Below are positions 18,747 through 28,776 of a DNA stretch of 52,551 bases, one piece after another. This DNA comes from Chloroflexota bacterium. GTDB taxonomy: Bacteria; Chloroflexota; Limnocylindria; Limnocylindrales; CSP1-4. Made by a program: the position numbers and the translations under genes. The stretch is from positions 1 to 52,551 of the forward strand of contig JANLSG010000018.1 of assembly GCA_031362295.1 (NCBI GenBank), given 5' to 3'. The notes beneath the pieces were generated by a model. The model did not search any database and was not told the DNA's origin. It saw only the letters and a program-made list of their open reading frames with translations. Numbering within the stretch: position 1 is the first letter of the stretch; every line of letters begins with the position of its first letter.

Positions 18747-20237
18747 TCAGTTGGGCGGCGTCACCCTCGCGATGAGGCGCCGCGCGTCGACCCAGCCCAT
18801 CCAGCCATTCGAGGCCCTGACCTGCGCCCAATCTCCAACCCAAGCAACGAGCTGGAGCTCCAGGCCGCCAGACAGGGCCGTGCCGGTCCCCGCGGGATTC
18901 GGGAGTGCCCACGATGCGAGACCTTCAGCGGGCACTCGATGGGTCGGGGCGAATGCGGCGGGAGGCCCGGGCGGCAGGCCGGCGGTGGCGCCCGCGGCGC
19001 CGAGATCGGGCAGTGCATCGAGCTGACCCCGAAGGCCGAGGATCAGCTCCCGTGCGGCCGTGAGCCGCGCCTCCCGGTCTGGTGCCGTGCTGGATTCCAT
19101 GACCGCGAGCGCGACCTGGGCGTGCTGGAGCCGCGCCATCAATCGATCGCCCTCGATGCCCTTGCGAGCCGCGACGGCTCGCCGCGCGTCTCGGCGTCGC
19201 CGGAGGTCGCCGAGCGTCTCGAGCTCCGCGGGCGTCACGAGCCCGGCCGCGACATCGTCGGCGAGTGTCTCCCTGACCCACCCCTGCTCTCGACGGATCG
19301 CCACCCGGACCAGGACGGCGAGGAGGATCAGGAACGGCAGGCCCTTGATCGCGGCCCACAGGATCCATGTCGCGGCGTCCGGGTCGTTGCCGAGCATGTC
19401 GTTCAGGAGTGGTGAGTTCCACACGAAGTGCGCGGCCACGCCGGCGACGTAGAGGAGGACGGCCGCGAGCAGGCGCCGGCTCTTCGGGATGTCGGGTCTC
19501 GTGACGTACCAGGCGAGGCCCATGCCGGTGAGCCCGGTCAGCAGCACGTGCGAATAGGGGCCGCCCACGATGATCCGCAGGAAGAAGCCCTCGAACAGGC
19601 CACCGAGGTCTGACGCGCCCGCCTGCCCCACGAAGTGGGTAAAGAAGTAGTACATGTCCTCCTCGAGCGTGAACCCGAGGCCGACCAGCGCGCCGTACAC
19701 GAAGCCGTCGAGGACGTCGTCGAACTCGCTCCGTGCGATGAGGTAGATAACGACCACGCCCAGGAACTTGACCAGCTCCTCCACGCCAGGCCCGATGAGC
19801 GCGGCGCCCCACTCCCGCGCGAACTCGGCGCCGAACAGCTTCTGGACGATCTCGCCCCATTGGTCGTTGATCCGGCCGGCGAGGAACGTGGCGATGATCG
19901 CGCCCCACAGGAGCGCGCCGATCAGCAGCGAGCGGGGCTCGCGCTCGAACAGGTCGAGGGTGTTCACGAGCAGGTAGACCGGGACCGCGTACAGCGCGAG
20001 GAGCACGAGGCCCACGAGCCACGCCGTCGTCGATGCGTTCGCGAAGGTGAGCTGTTCGTCGATGAAGCCGACGCCGCAGATCAGGAGCAGCGCCGAGAAC
20101 AGCCAGAACGAAGCCTGCTTCGGCTGGATCAGCGAGACCTGCTCCGTCCAGTCACCCAGGCCGGCCGGCCGGACCGGGGCTGGAGCCGGTGCGGCGGGTG
20201 TTGGCGCGGAAACCGGGAGCGGCGCGGCGGCGGTCAC
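18747..20237 (-). CDS. PrsW-family intramembrane metalloprotease with C-terminal SH3b-like domain
   Basis: PrsW motifs GVEELVKF, GFTLEED and HFVWN within a polytopic core. C-terminal WAQVRASNGWMGWVDARRL is SH3_3-like. Confidence 0.75.
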   Translation of the reverse strand: MTAAAPLPVSAPTPAAPAPAPVRPAGLGDWTEQVSLIQPKQASFWLFSALLLICGVGFIDEQLTFANASTTAWLVGLVLLALYAVPVYLLVNTLDLFEREPRSLLIGALLWGAIIATFLAGRINDQWGEIVQKLFGAEFAREWGAALIGPGVEELVKFLGVVVIYLIARSEFDDVLDGFVYGALVGLGFTLEEDMYYFFTHFVGQAGASDLGGLFEGFFLRIIVGGPYSHVLLTGLTGMGLAWYVTRPDIPKSRRLLAAVLLYVAGVAAHFVWNSPLLNDMLGNDPDAATWILWAAIKGLPFLILLAVLVRVAIRREQGWVRETLADDVAAGLVTPAELETLGDLRRRRDARRAVAARKGIEGDRLMARLQHAQVALAVMESSTAPDREARLTAARELILGLRGQLDALPDLGAAGATAGLPPGPPAAFAPTHRVPAEGLASWALPNPAGTGTALSGGLELQLVAWVGDWAQVRASNGWMGWVDARRLIARVTPPN

Positions 20238-20887
20238 GACACCACCTCGATCGATTCGAGCATCGCGTTGACCTCGCCGAGGAGGCTCGCGAGATCACCC
20301 TGGCGCGACCAGGCGTCGGCGACGATGCCCTGCTTGCCGATGAACACCGCCGTGACCTCGCCTTCGATCGGGACCTCCACGCCCTCGAACAGGCCCTGGT
20401 AGTTGAACCTCACCGCCGTGCCGTTGTCGCCGGTCGCGACCTCGACCTCCGTGGTCGTCAGCTGCGTCGCGCCCGGCTTCAGGACCTCATCGAGGTACGC
20501 CTGCGCGAGGGCGCCGGCGTTGCCGCCGACCGTCTCGGGATAGAGATCGATGACGACAACGCCCTTTTCGAGGCGGATGCCGGCGCTGTTCTCGTGAGTC
20601 GTGACGACCCAGCCATCGAGCGTCGTGATCCGCGCACCGCCACCGATGTCGATCGCATCGCCCGGTGTGACAGTCGTCGCGACGGCGGGCAGGGCCTCAT
20701 TGAGGACCTGCGTACCGAAGAACAGCGCCGCCAACACGGCGGCGACGAGGAACGTCTGCCGGAGCGTGGCGGGGTCAAGGCCGGGCCGTCGTGCGACCGC
20801 CGCGGGTGCGGGCAAGGCGACCGCGGGCGGGGGTGCCGGGGCCGCCGCGGCGTCGGGCGCGGGCGGTTGAGGCGTTGCCTGGGCCAT
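20234..20887 (-). CDS. hypothetical single-pass membrane protein (Pro/Ala-rich N-terminus)
   Basis: Has a 4-nt overlap with the downstream PrsW gene. One TM helix (FLVAAVLAALFFG), followed by a beta-rich ectodomain. Confidence 0.5.
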   Translation of the reverse strand: MAQATPQPPAPDAAAAPAPPPAVALPAPAAVARRPGLDPATLRQTFLVAAVLAALFFGTQVLNEALPAVATTVTPGDAIDIGGGARITTLDGWVVTTHENSAGIRLEKGVVVIDLYPETVGGNAGALAQAYLDEVLKPGATQLTTTEVEVATGDNGTAVRFNYQGLFEGVEVPIEGEVTAVFIGKQGIVADAWSRQGDLASLLGEVNAMLESIEVVS

Positions 20888-20919
20888 GGTCGCGGATCAT
20901 GCCAGACGCGGATGGTCCC

Positions 20920-21008
20920 GATACGACGAAAGCGTGGCGCGCCCGACAGGTGTCGGACACGCGTTAACAGCCTATCGAATGCCGATCGAGGGCCGCGATG
21001 AGTGGATC
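20920..21008. repeat. copy A of an imperfect ~90-100-nt direct repeat
   Basis: Shares GATACGACG, a 29-nt core TGGCGCGCCCGACAGGTGTCGGACACGCG (26/29 identical to copy B), and GATGAGTGGATC at an identical 33-nt spacing. Confidence 0.7.
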
Positions 21009-21466
21009 GCCGCGGCCAGGCGATTGGCATGAGAGACGGGTATCTGCGCGGCTCATTGCCGCGGACTCGCACGGTGCGACAGGTCGAGGTTCTGGCTGCC
21101 GTGGTTGCAGCGGGGGATTGGTCTCGGACGCGGCCCGGCTCGTGCGCATCATCCAGCCCGCTACGACCCGCAGATCATCCCGTGTGTCCGCGCGCCGGTC
21201 GTGTCGGCGAGCACCTCGCGAGCATGCGAGCGGTCACGAACCGACCCTCGTCTCGCCAGTGTGGGCCCGCTGGATCCTCTGTGTCGCCAATACCACCTGT
21301 TAGACCTGTCGAACGGACCTGGACATCGCCTTCGAAGTACGCCTCGGCGACGACCCTGCCTGATCTGCTCGGCAGATGCCGGATCTCCAGGGCTTGGTCG
21401 TCCGGATCCGAACCTGCTCGCGTCCGGCGCTGCTTCGGCAGGCATCGCCCGGCTCATACTCCCGAC

Positions 21467-22930
21467 ATGACGCCTCCACCCACGACCCCGGACGGCGCAG
21501 AGCTTGACGTCGCGATCGTCGGGGCGGGCGCGGCCGGGACATACCTCGCGTACCGGCTCATCCAGGCGCGACCTGACTGGCGGATCGCGATCTTCGAGCG
21601 GTCGAACAGGATCGGCGGCCGGCTCTGGTCCGTGAAGGTGGACGGCCTGGCCCATCCAATTGAGCTCGGCGGCATGCGCTACATGTCCGGGCATCGGCTG
21701 GTTCAGTCGGTCGTCGACGAGCTGGGGATCGAGGCGCGGGCGTTCGATCCCGCCGAAGAGCCCGAGCGGACCTTACTCCGCGGCGTCATCGGCCGCAGCA
21801 CGGACGATCCCGAGGGCGGCCGAGGCTACGACCTGCCGGCCGGAGAGGCGGGACGGTCGGCTGTCGATCTCATGACCGGTGCCTTCCTCAAGATCGTGCC
21901 GCAGGCCCGTGAGCTCGACGAGGCCGGCTGGCGTCGACACAGGGCGACAGCGACGTTTGGTGGTCGGGCACTCACAGATTGGTCGATCGCCGAGGCCGTC
22001 GCGACGATCCTGAGTCCGGAAGGCCATCGCTTCGCTACCGACGCCTTTGGCTACGACTCCGGCATCCGGCCGCACAATGCCGGCGACGCGATCCAATACG
22101 TCATGGGCACCGGTTATCCGTCGGGCAAGGCGCGCGTGCCCGTGGACGGCATGGACAGAATCCCGCGCGAGCTCGCGAGGCGGTTCGAGGCGCTCGGCGG
22201 CACCATTCGGCTCGCCCACGACGTCCGACGGGTCGAGGTGGAGCAGGGGAGCGTCCTCATCGGCTCTACTAACGCTTCGAGCGTGCGCGCGAAGCGCCTC
22301 GTTCTGACGCTGCCGATCCCGGCTCTGGAGGCGCTCGCCGACGCTTCACCGGTCATCAACGAACCGACGTGGAGGCGGCTGTACCGATCGATCGAGGGCT
22401 TCCCGGGCACGAAGCTCTACTGCTGGTACGACCGACCCTGGTGGCGCGACGGCCCGAATGGCCCGACCGGCCTCCGGACGACCACCGACCTGCCGAACCG
22501 GAAGATCTTCTACTTCGACGAGGCTCCGGATCGACCGGCCGCCATGCTTGCCGCCTTCACCGATTACAGGCACAACGAGCCGATCGTCGCCCTTGCGGAT
22601 GGCCGGAGTCGGGGAGAGCCGGCCTCACCAGGCCTCCTGGAGGCGCTGCGAGGGTGGCTGGCGACCGCCCATCCCGGCGCGGCAGTCCCCTCACGAGCCG
22701 GCTCGGCTTTCCAGCACTGGGGAGCCGACCCGCGCGAGGTCGCCTGGCACTTCTGGCGCTCGGGCTACAGCTCGGACGAGATGATGGACCTCGCCGCGCA
22801 ACCCAACCCAACGCTGCCAATCCACCTCTGCGGCGAGGTCTTCTCACGCAACGGTGCCTGGGTCGAGGGCGCCCTCGAGACCGCCGAAGGGCTCGCGGCG
22901 CGCCTCCTTGCAGACCGTGCAACGGAATGA
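21467..22930 (+). CDS. FAD-dependent amine oxidase (flavin monoamine oxidase family)
   Basis: Dinucleotide-binding DVAIVGAGAAGTYLAYRL...ERSNRIGGR and an amine-oxidase-like C-terminus. ORF track residues upstream of the ATG at 21467 look non-coding. Confidence 0.75.
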   Translation: MTPPPTTPDGAELDVAIVGAGAAGTYLAYRLIQARPDWRIAIFERSNRIGGRLWSVKVDGLAHPIELGGMRYMSGHRLVQSVVDELGIEARAFDPAEEPERTLLRGVIGRSTDDPEGGRGYDLPAGEAGRSAVDLMTGAFLKIVPQARELDEAGWRRHRATATFGGRALTDWSIAEAVATILSPEGHRFATDAFGYDSGIRPHNAGDAIQYVMGTGYPSGKARVPVDGMDRIPRELARRFEALGGTIRLAHDVRRVEVEQGSVLIGSTNASSVRAKRLVLTLPIPALEALADASPVINEPTWRRLYRSIEGFPGTKLYCWYDRPWWRDGPNGPTGLRTTTDLPNRKIFYFDEAPDRPAAMLAAFTDYRHNEPIVALADGRSRGEPASPGLLEALRGWLATAHPGAAVPSRAGSAFQHWGADPREVAWHFWRSGYSSDEMMDLAAQPNPTLPIHLCGEVFSRNGAWVEGALETAEGLAARLLADRATE

Positions 22931-23013
22931 CCAGGGCGCGAATTTGTCGGTCCGCCCCATTCCGACGGGAGCCGCAGCACTCGGCATGTAGCGCCAGTGA
23001 TCGCCGAGCTTGT

Positions 23014-23115
23014 GATACGACGGAAATAGAACAGGCGTTCGTGGTGCGCCCGACAGGTGTTGGACGCGCGCTGCGCGGCGAGGCACTTCCCGCGCCGAGC
23101 CTCGACGAGTGGATC
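23014..23115. repeat. copy B of an imperfect ~90-100-nt direct repeat
   Basis: GATACGACG...TGGTGCGCCCGACAGGTGTTGGACGCGCG...GACGAGTGGATC. Carries a 13-nt insertion relative to copy A. Confidence 0.7.
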
Positions 23116-23118
23116 CCT

Positions 23119-26100
23119 TCAAACTGGCCGGATGCCATCGAGTAGGGCCCGGATCCGCGGAGGGGTGACGATGTCTCCCTTCTGCTCGTAGAGCGTCAGG
23201 GCCAGGTCCAGCGCATCTGCAGCCTCATCGGCTCGCCCGGCCACGAGGAGAACATCGGCGAGGTCGGTCAGGACGTCGGCGCGGTCGGTGAGGAAGTCCG
23301 TTCCTTCGAGCTCAGCCACGGCTTCCCGCACGAGAAGCTCCGCTTCGCCAACTCGTCCCTGGTGCGCCCGCACCCGGGCGAGTGAGCCTTTCCCAAGGGA
23401 ACCGAAGACGGAGCGCGCTTCGGAGGCAGCCAAATTTGCGTACGGCTCCGCGTCACCCCAGCGCTCTTGCATGCACATCGAGCGGGCAACGAGCGCGTCG
23501 AGAAATGGCCGTTCTTCGGCTTGGGCCTCCAGTGCATCGTAGCCCTCACGAAGGACGCGCTCCGCCGCGGCCGGGTCGTCGGCGAGCATCTCGATGTCAC
23601 CGTGGATCTCCGCAAAGAGATCGAACATCGTCTGCTGTCCGGTGTCTCGGTAGAAGGCCCGGCAGCGGATAGCGAACTCTCGAGCCTGGTCGAATGCGCC
23701 GAGCCGGGCGTTGAGGTGCGCCAGCGCGTGGTACATGGAGGCCTCGACGCTCCTCTGGTTGGTGTACTGCAACAACAGCTCCGCGCACCGATCGATCCCG
23801 GCTTGCGCCGGCGTTGGGCCACGGACGAGGGTGCGGGCGAGCGACCCGAAGCAGTCATGTTCCTCGTATGCATCGCCGGCCTTGCGGGCATGTGCCAGGG
23901 CGTGTTCGACGGCCTCTTCCTCTTCAGCAGCCCGCCGGTTCCAGGACCAGCCGATGTTCCCGCGCAGCAGCCAGGCGCGAGCCAGGCCGCGGTCATCCGC
24001 GACGGCCTCGAAGATGCTCATTGCCCATTGCAGATCGCGCTTGGCCTCCTCGACATCTTCTGGGCGCTTGAGCCGCCACCGCCAGCGCTGGATCAGGGCG
24101 TGCGCGAGGAGGCGGTCGTCGGCGACGATGCGAGCGGCGTCGACCGCCTCCGCCCAGATCGCGTCTGCTTCGCCGCTCCGGCTGGCCTCCTCGAGGGCGC
24201 TCGCCAGATCGGGCAGGAGTGCGATCCGATCTGGGTCCTCGTCTGGAAGCAAATCGACCGCGCGCGAGAGCAGGTTGATCGCGGATGGGAAATCCGACCG
24301 CGCGAACGACCGGCGTCCACCTGACGACAAGCGTGCTGCCGCCCGGCGGGCGATCGCCCGGTGCACGCCGGTAACGGCTCCCAGCTCCTTGCGATACCGG
24401 TACGCCTGCTCGAGGTGATAGCCGATGATCTCACCCTGCTCATCGGCATGGTCGCCTGCCGCCCGCTCCAGCCAGTCGGCGCAGCGCTCGTGGAGCGTCG
24501 CGCGCAGATCCTTGGGCAAGGCGCCGTAGGCGGACTCCTGGACCAGGATATGGCGGAATCGGAAGGCGCTCTCTCCAAGCAGCGTCGACCGGTCTGGCCG
24601 GATCAGGTCCTTGCGCACCAGCGCCTGGAGCAGCGCATCGATCCGCCCGCCGATCGACTCACTCGACAGCTCGAGGACCGCGCCGCGATAGAACACCTTG
24701 CCGACCACCGACGCACGTCCGATGGCCTCGCGCTCTTCAGCGTCGAGCCGATCGAGCCGCGCGGAGAGGAGCGCCGCGATCGTGGGCGGAACAGCGACCT
24801 CCAACCGATCGCTGGTCGCAACCCAATGGCCATCAACAGAGTGGACCAGACCATCATCGATCAGCATCGCGAGCATCTGTTCAACGAAGAGCGGGTTGCC
24901 CTCCGCGGCATGCACGATCCGGACGCGCACGTCCTCGGCCAGGTCCGTCGCGCCGAGCAGATTCGAGATGAGGGATTCGCTCTGGGCGTCGCTGAGGGGC
25001 TCCAGCAGGATGGAGGTCGCATTCATCTTGCCGCCAGCCCAGCCGCCTCGGGTATCGAGGAACTCGGGGCGCGCCGTGCAGAGGAGGAGGATCGAGGCGT
25101 CGCGCGCCGAATCGGCGACGTGGTCGATCAGGTCGAGAAACGCCGGCTCCCCCCAGTGAATGTCATCGAGCACGACGACCACCGGGTCCCCGGCCCCCAG
25201 GATCTCGAGCAGCCTGCGCACTGCCCATTGGGCCTCCTCGGGGGGAGCCGAGCCGGACGTCACGCCGATCACCTGTGCGAGACGATTGGCGATCGCCGAG
25301 GCGTACTCATCCCCGGCCAGACGATCGACGATCTTGCTCTGCACAGCCTCGGACTCGTCGAAGTCCTGCAGGCCAGCCGCGCCCTTGACGACCTCGGCGA
25401 CCGGCCAGAAGGTGATGCCCTGTCCGTACGAGAGGCAGCGGCCGCGGAGAACTTCGGCCCGACCCCCCAAGTCCTTGACGAACTCCTCCACGAGGCGCGA
25501 CTTTCCGACCCCAGCGGTACCGAGAATCGTGAACAGGTGGCAGGCGTTGTCAGCCGCCACACCCTCGAACGCTCGGCGTAGCGAATCGAGGTGCCGCTCG
25601 CGACCGACCATCGGCGAATCGAGCCGACGTGCGAACGCTTCGACGCCCTCGATCACCTGCACGAGGCGAACGGCGATGGTGGGCTCGGCCTTGCCCTTGA
25701 GCGTCAGCGGCTCAACGGGCTCGACCACCACTGCGTTGCGAACAAGCCGATGGGTGGCCGCACCGAGGAGGATCTCGCCGGGGGCGGCGGCCTGCTCAAG
25801 GCGGGCCGCCACGTTCACGGCATCGCCGATGACCAGAGCCTCCCCCGCGACTGGGTCACCGGTACCACCTCTCCGGTGTTCACCCCGGTGCGCACGGCGA
25901 TCGTGACGCCCCAGTCCGCCATCAGCTCCTCGTTCAGCGAAGCAAGCGCAGCCCGCATCTCCGCAGCGGCCCGCACGGCGCGGAGCGCGTCGTCCTCGTG
26001 GAGGGAAGGGACCCCGAAGACAGCCACGATCGCGTCCCCGATGAATTTCTCGACTCTCCCGCCGTGGCGTTCCAGGACCGCGCGCATGGTCACGAAGTAG

Positions 26101-26300
26101 CGGCTCATCACTCGCCGCAGCGATTCTGGATCGAGACGTTCGCCCATCGCCGTGGAGCCAGTCACATCGGTGAAGACGACCGTTACGGTCTTGCGAATTT
26201 CGCGCGGCGCTGCGGTGGACGTCTCAAGCGGAGACCCGCATCTGGCGCAGAACTGCGAATCATCGGCATTGCTCGCGCTGCAGGTTGTGCAGGTCGGCAT
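23119..26300 (-). pseudogene. zinc-ribbon / class III adenylate-guanylate cyclase / STAND P-loop ATPase / TPR protein, reading frame broken inside the cyclase domain
   Basis: ORF 25815..26300 encodes CTTC..CARC plus the cyclase N-half (VVFTDVTGST, IGDAIVAVF, GVNTGEVV). ORF 23119..25818 continues in another frame with (TGDPVAGEALVI)GDAVNVAARLEQ, Walker A GTAGVGKS and a TPR-like C-terminus. A 1-nt frame offset near 25861-25866 joins the two. Confidence 0.65.
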
Positions 26301-26655
26301 CGGCCGAGTGTAGGCGTGCGCCCGGCGCCATTGGACATATCAAGGTCGACAATCAGCGCGAGCCAGGCGTCCTCGAAGACCTGCAGCTGGGCGTCGGCTC
26401 TACGCCAACCTGCAGAGTCGGTCTCGCTCGGAACTCGCACATCGGTTCGTTGTGTCACCCGCAGCCGCCCCTGCCTCATAGAGCGGCTCAGGCAAAGTCC
26501 GGGGGTTTCCACGTTTCCCGGAACAAGCCCGCGTTCTAGCTTCGTGCTCGCCCGACCACGCTCGCCACGAGCACAGGGAGATGGATATGAAAGCGGGACT
26601 GACTCTCCGGTCGATAGCACCTCGGCGCCTCACGCTCCCGTTCCTGACGGGCGCT

Positions 26656-27171
26656 ATGCCACGGACACGCCTGGGATGGTGGCTCATGCGCTTCTTCAGA
26701 CGTCTCTCAGCGCTCGTGCTGGCAGGTGGGACGGTGATCGCGTGTGCGTCGCCGGGCGGCGCCGGACCCGGGGCGAGCGCGACGATCGATCCTGCACGAA
26801 CGGAGTCGCCCTGGTCGGCCAAGTGCGAGAAGGTCTCAAGCGAAGCGGCGTCGGATCCGTCGTCCGAGCTGACGATCGTCGCGCCTGTCGGTGCGGCGGC
26901 CTGCGGTTTCGACACGACCAGGCTCGTAGCCTGGGCGGGCCAGCCGCTGACCATCGAATTCGTGGACGAGGATTCGACGATGTTGCACAACTTCGCGATC
27001 TATCGGGATCCCGATCGCGCCGAGCCAGTCGCCACGAGCGCGTGGCTCCTCGCCCCCCAACGCGAGACGCTCAGGCTACCCGCGATCGCGGCGGGCACCT
27101 ACTACTTCTACTGCGACCTTCAGCAACGGACGATGTTCGGTACGCTCACAGCGGTCGCCTCCGTCCCCTGA
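26656..27171 (+). CDS. cupredoxin-fold (plastocyanin-like) lipoprotein with atypical copper-site motif
   Basis: Signal/lipobox LAGGTVIAC. Also HNFAIY and GTYYFYCDLQQRTMFGTLTAV, which resembles plastocyanin [15 protein letters not shown]. Start is uncertain: 26581, 26656 or 26686. Confidence 0.6.
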   Translation: MPRTRLGWWLMRFFRRLSALVLAGGTVIACASPGGAGPGASATIDPARTESPWSAKCEKVSSEAASDPSSELTIVAPVGAAACGFDTTRLVAWAGQPLTIEFVDEDSTMLHNFAIYRDPDRAEPVATSAWLLAPQRETLRLPAIAAGTYYFYCDLQQRTMFGTLTAVASVP

Positions 27172-27333
27172 GTCAGCCGCATCGACAGCAGCCGGTCAGG
27201 CGACGTCAGCGACGTGGTTCGTCTCACATCGACGAGGAAGATCGTCCTCGACGCCGGCCGCGACTACCAGCCGCGCCCACACTCGTCGTCGATGTCGTGA
27301 AACAGGTGTCCACGCTGTCCCGAGAGAGGATAG

Positions 27334-27409
27334 TGGCGCGCCTGACAGGATTCGGACCTGCGACCTTCGGCTTCGGAGGCCGACACTCTATCCACTGAGC
27401 TACAGGCGC
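27334..27409 (-). tRNA. tRNA-Arg (anticodon CCG), CCA encoded
   Basis: Manual cloverleaf, 76 nt: GCGCCUG/UA/GCUC-AGUGGAUA-GAGU/G/UCGGC-CUCCGAA-GCCGA/AGGUC/GCAGG-UCCGAAU-CCUGU/CAGGCGC/G/CCA. Confidence 0.85.
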
Positions 27410-27594
27410 GCGAGCGGCCATCTTATCCGGGGGGTGCCTCAGCCTGCCGCAACAGGGCCGCATGACCTCACGGCAGCGAGCGCTTCGAGCACGGCGGCGG
27501 TCGCCGGGGGGTGAGCCCCGTAACGTACGCTCGGGCCCGGCGTCTCAGCACAGCACGCGCGGATGTAGAGCGGACACCCACCGGAGACGTTTCG

Positions 27595-28776
27595 ATGAAG
27601 CCGGCAGCAGTCATGTTCGCGGCCACGATCCTCCTGGCCGGGTGTATCTCGGCTACCCCGGCTTCCGTGCGCCCCACGACTTTGACTACGCCTGCCGCGA
27701 CCGGGTCTTCGATCCCGCCGACGCCCACGGTCGCGCGGTCGTCGACCCCGCCCGCCAGTACGCCCGTGCCTCCTAGCGGCGACCTCCTGTACGCCGCGTC
27801 CGGGGCGGCCTGGATCGTGCCGGCCGCCGGGGGCAAATCCCGACGACTCGGGCCGGCCATTGAGGCGTCATGGTCCGGCGACGGGCAGAGCATCCACCTC
27901 GTCACGCAGGACGCCAACTGTGTGCCGCGGCTGACCACGGTGGCGACCACCGGCAGGGTGCTGTCGGTGGTCCAAAGCGGCCTGCGCCCGCGAGACGGAG
28001 CGTTCGCGTGGTCGCCCGATGGTCGCCAGATTCTTTTCGCTCGCTTCCGCAACGGTCCGCCACCGAAGTCGTGCGGTTCCGGTGGCGGCGAATACACGAG
28101 CGATCAGTCGATCGAGAACATCATGGTCATGAACGGGGACGGGACTGACCAGCGGATCCTCGTCCCGAGTGTCTGGTCGCTTCGGCCGCTCGCATGGTCG
28201 CCCGACCAGGCGACCATCGCCTTCGCAAGCAATTTGTTGCCCCTCGACCTGAACACGCAGGACATGTTGGTCGTCCGCGTCGGCGATGGTGCCTCCCGTC
28301 GAGTCAACGCCGCGCCGTTTGAGGCCGCCTCGGCGCCGAGCTGGTCGCCGGACGGGACGAGGCTCGCGTTAACGTTCTTCGATCAGGGCCTCCACGTCGG
28401 CATCGCTCCGATCGATACCGGGGCCGTGCAGAACCTCGGCGAATTAGGGGTCGGGTCGCAGCCCGCCTGGTCGCCCGATGGCCGATGGCTCGCGACGGTG
28501 GCGGACATCCCGGGGTCAGGCGGAGGCACGGTTGGGGGGGCCATCACGCTCTGGCCGACCGACGGCAGCGCGGCACGAGACCTTGGCGTAACGGACGCTG
28601 AGAACCTGTCCAGTTCTTCGTGGTCCAGCGACGGCGAGTGGCTCGCATACAGTCACCAGGGAATCGGCGACGGCGGATTGGTCGGGATCGCCATGATCAG
28701 TGCGGACGGATCCACCAGGCAGCTCTTCGCCGATACGACGGGAGCAGAGTGGGTTGCCTGGCAGCCTGGCCCCTGA
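27595..28776 (+). CDS. TolB-like beta-propeller lipoprotein (PD40/WD40-like repeats)
   Basis: Lipobox LLAGC. At least five (S/A)WSPDG repeats. Confidence 0.75.
   Translation: MKPAAVMFAATILLAGCISATPASVRPTTLTTPAATGSSIPPTPTVARSSTPPASTPVPPSGDLLYAASGAAWIVPAAGGKSRRLGPAIEASWSGDGQSIHLVTQDANCVPRLTTVATTGRVLSVVQSGLRPRDGAFAWSPDGRQILFARFRNGPPPKSCGSGGGEYTSDQSIENIMVMNGDGTDQRILVPSVWSLRPLAWSPDQATIAFASNLLPLDLNTQDMLVVRVGDGASRRVNAAPFEAASAPSWSPDGTRLALTFFDQGLHVGIAPIDTGAVQNLGELGVGSQPAWSPDGRWLATVADIPGSGGGTVGGAITLWPTDGSAARDLGVTDAENLSSSSWSSDGEWLAYSHQGIGDGGLVGIAMISADGSTRQLFADTTGAEWVAWQPGP

Noticed and set aside
21002-21466. 155-aa N-terminal extension of the amine oxidase ORF, and other small ORFs in the 20888-21466 spacer
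   Set aside because: The FAD-binding fold starts right after the ATG at 21467. The upstream translation is Arg/Ser/Pro-rich without motifs. One minus-strand frame reads vaguely protein-like (LEIRHLPSRSGRVVAEAYFEGDV) but lacks a start and any recognisable family.
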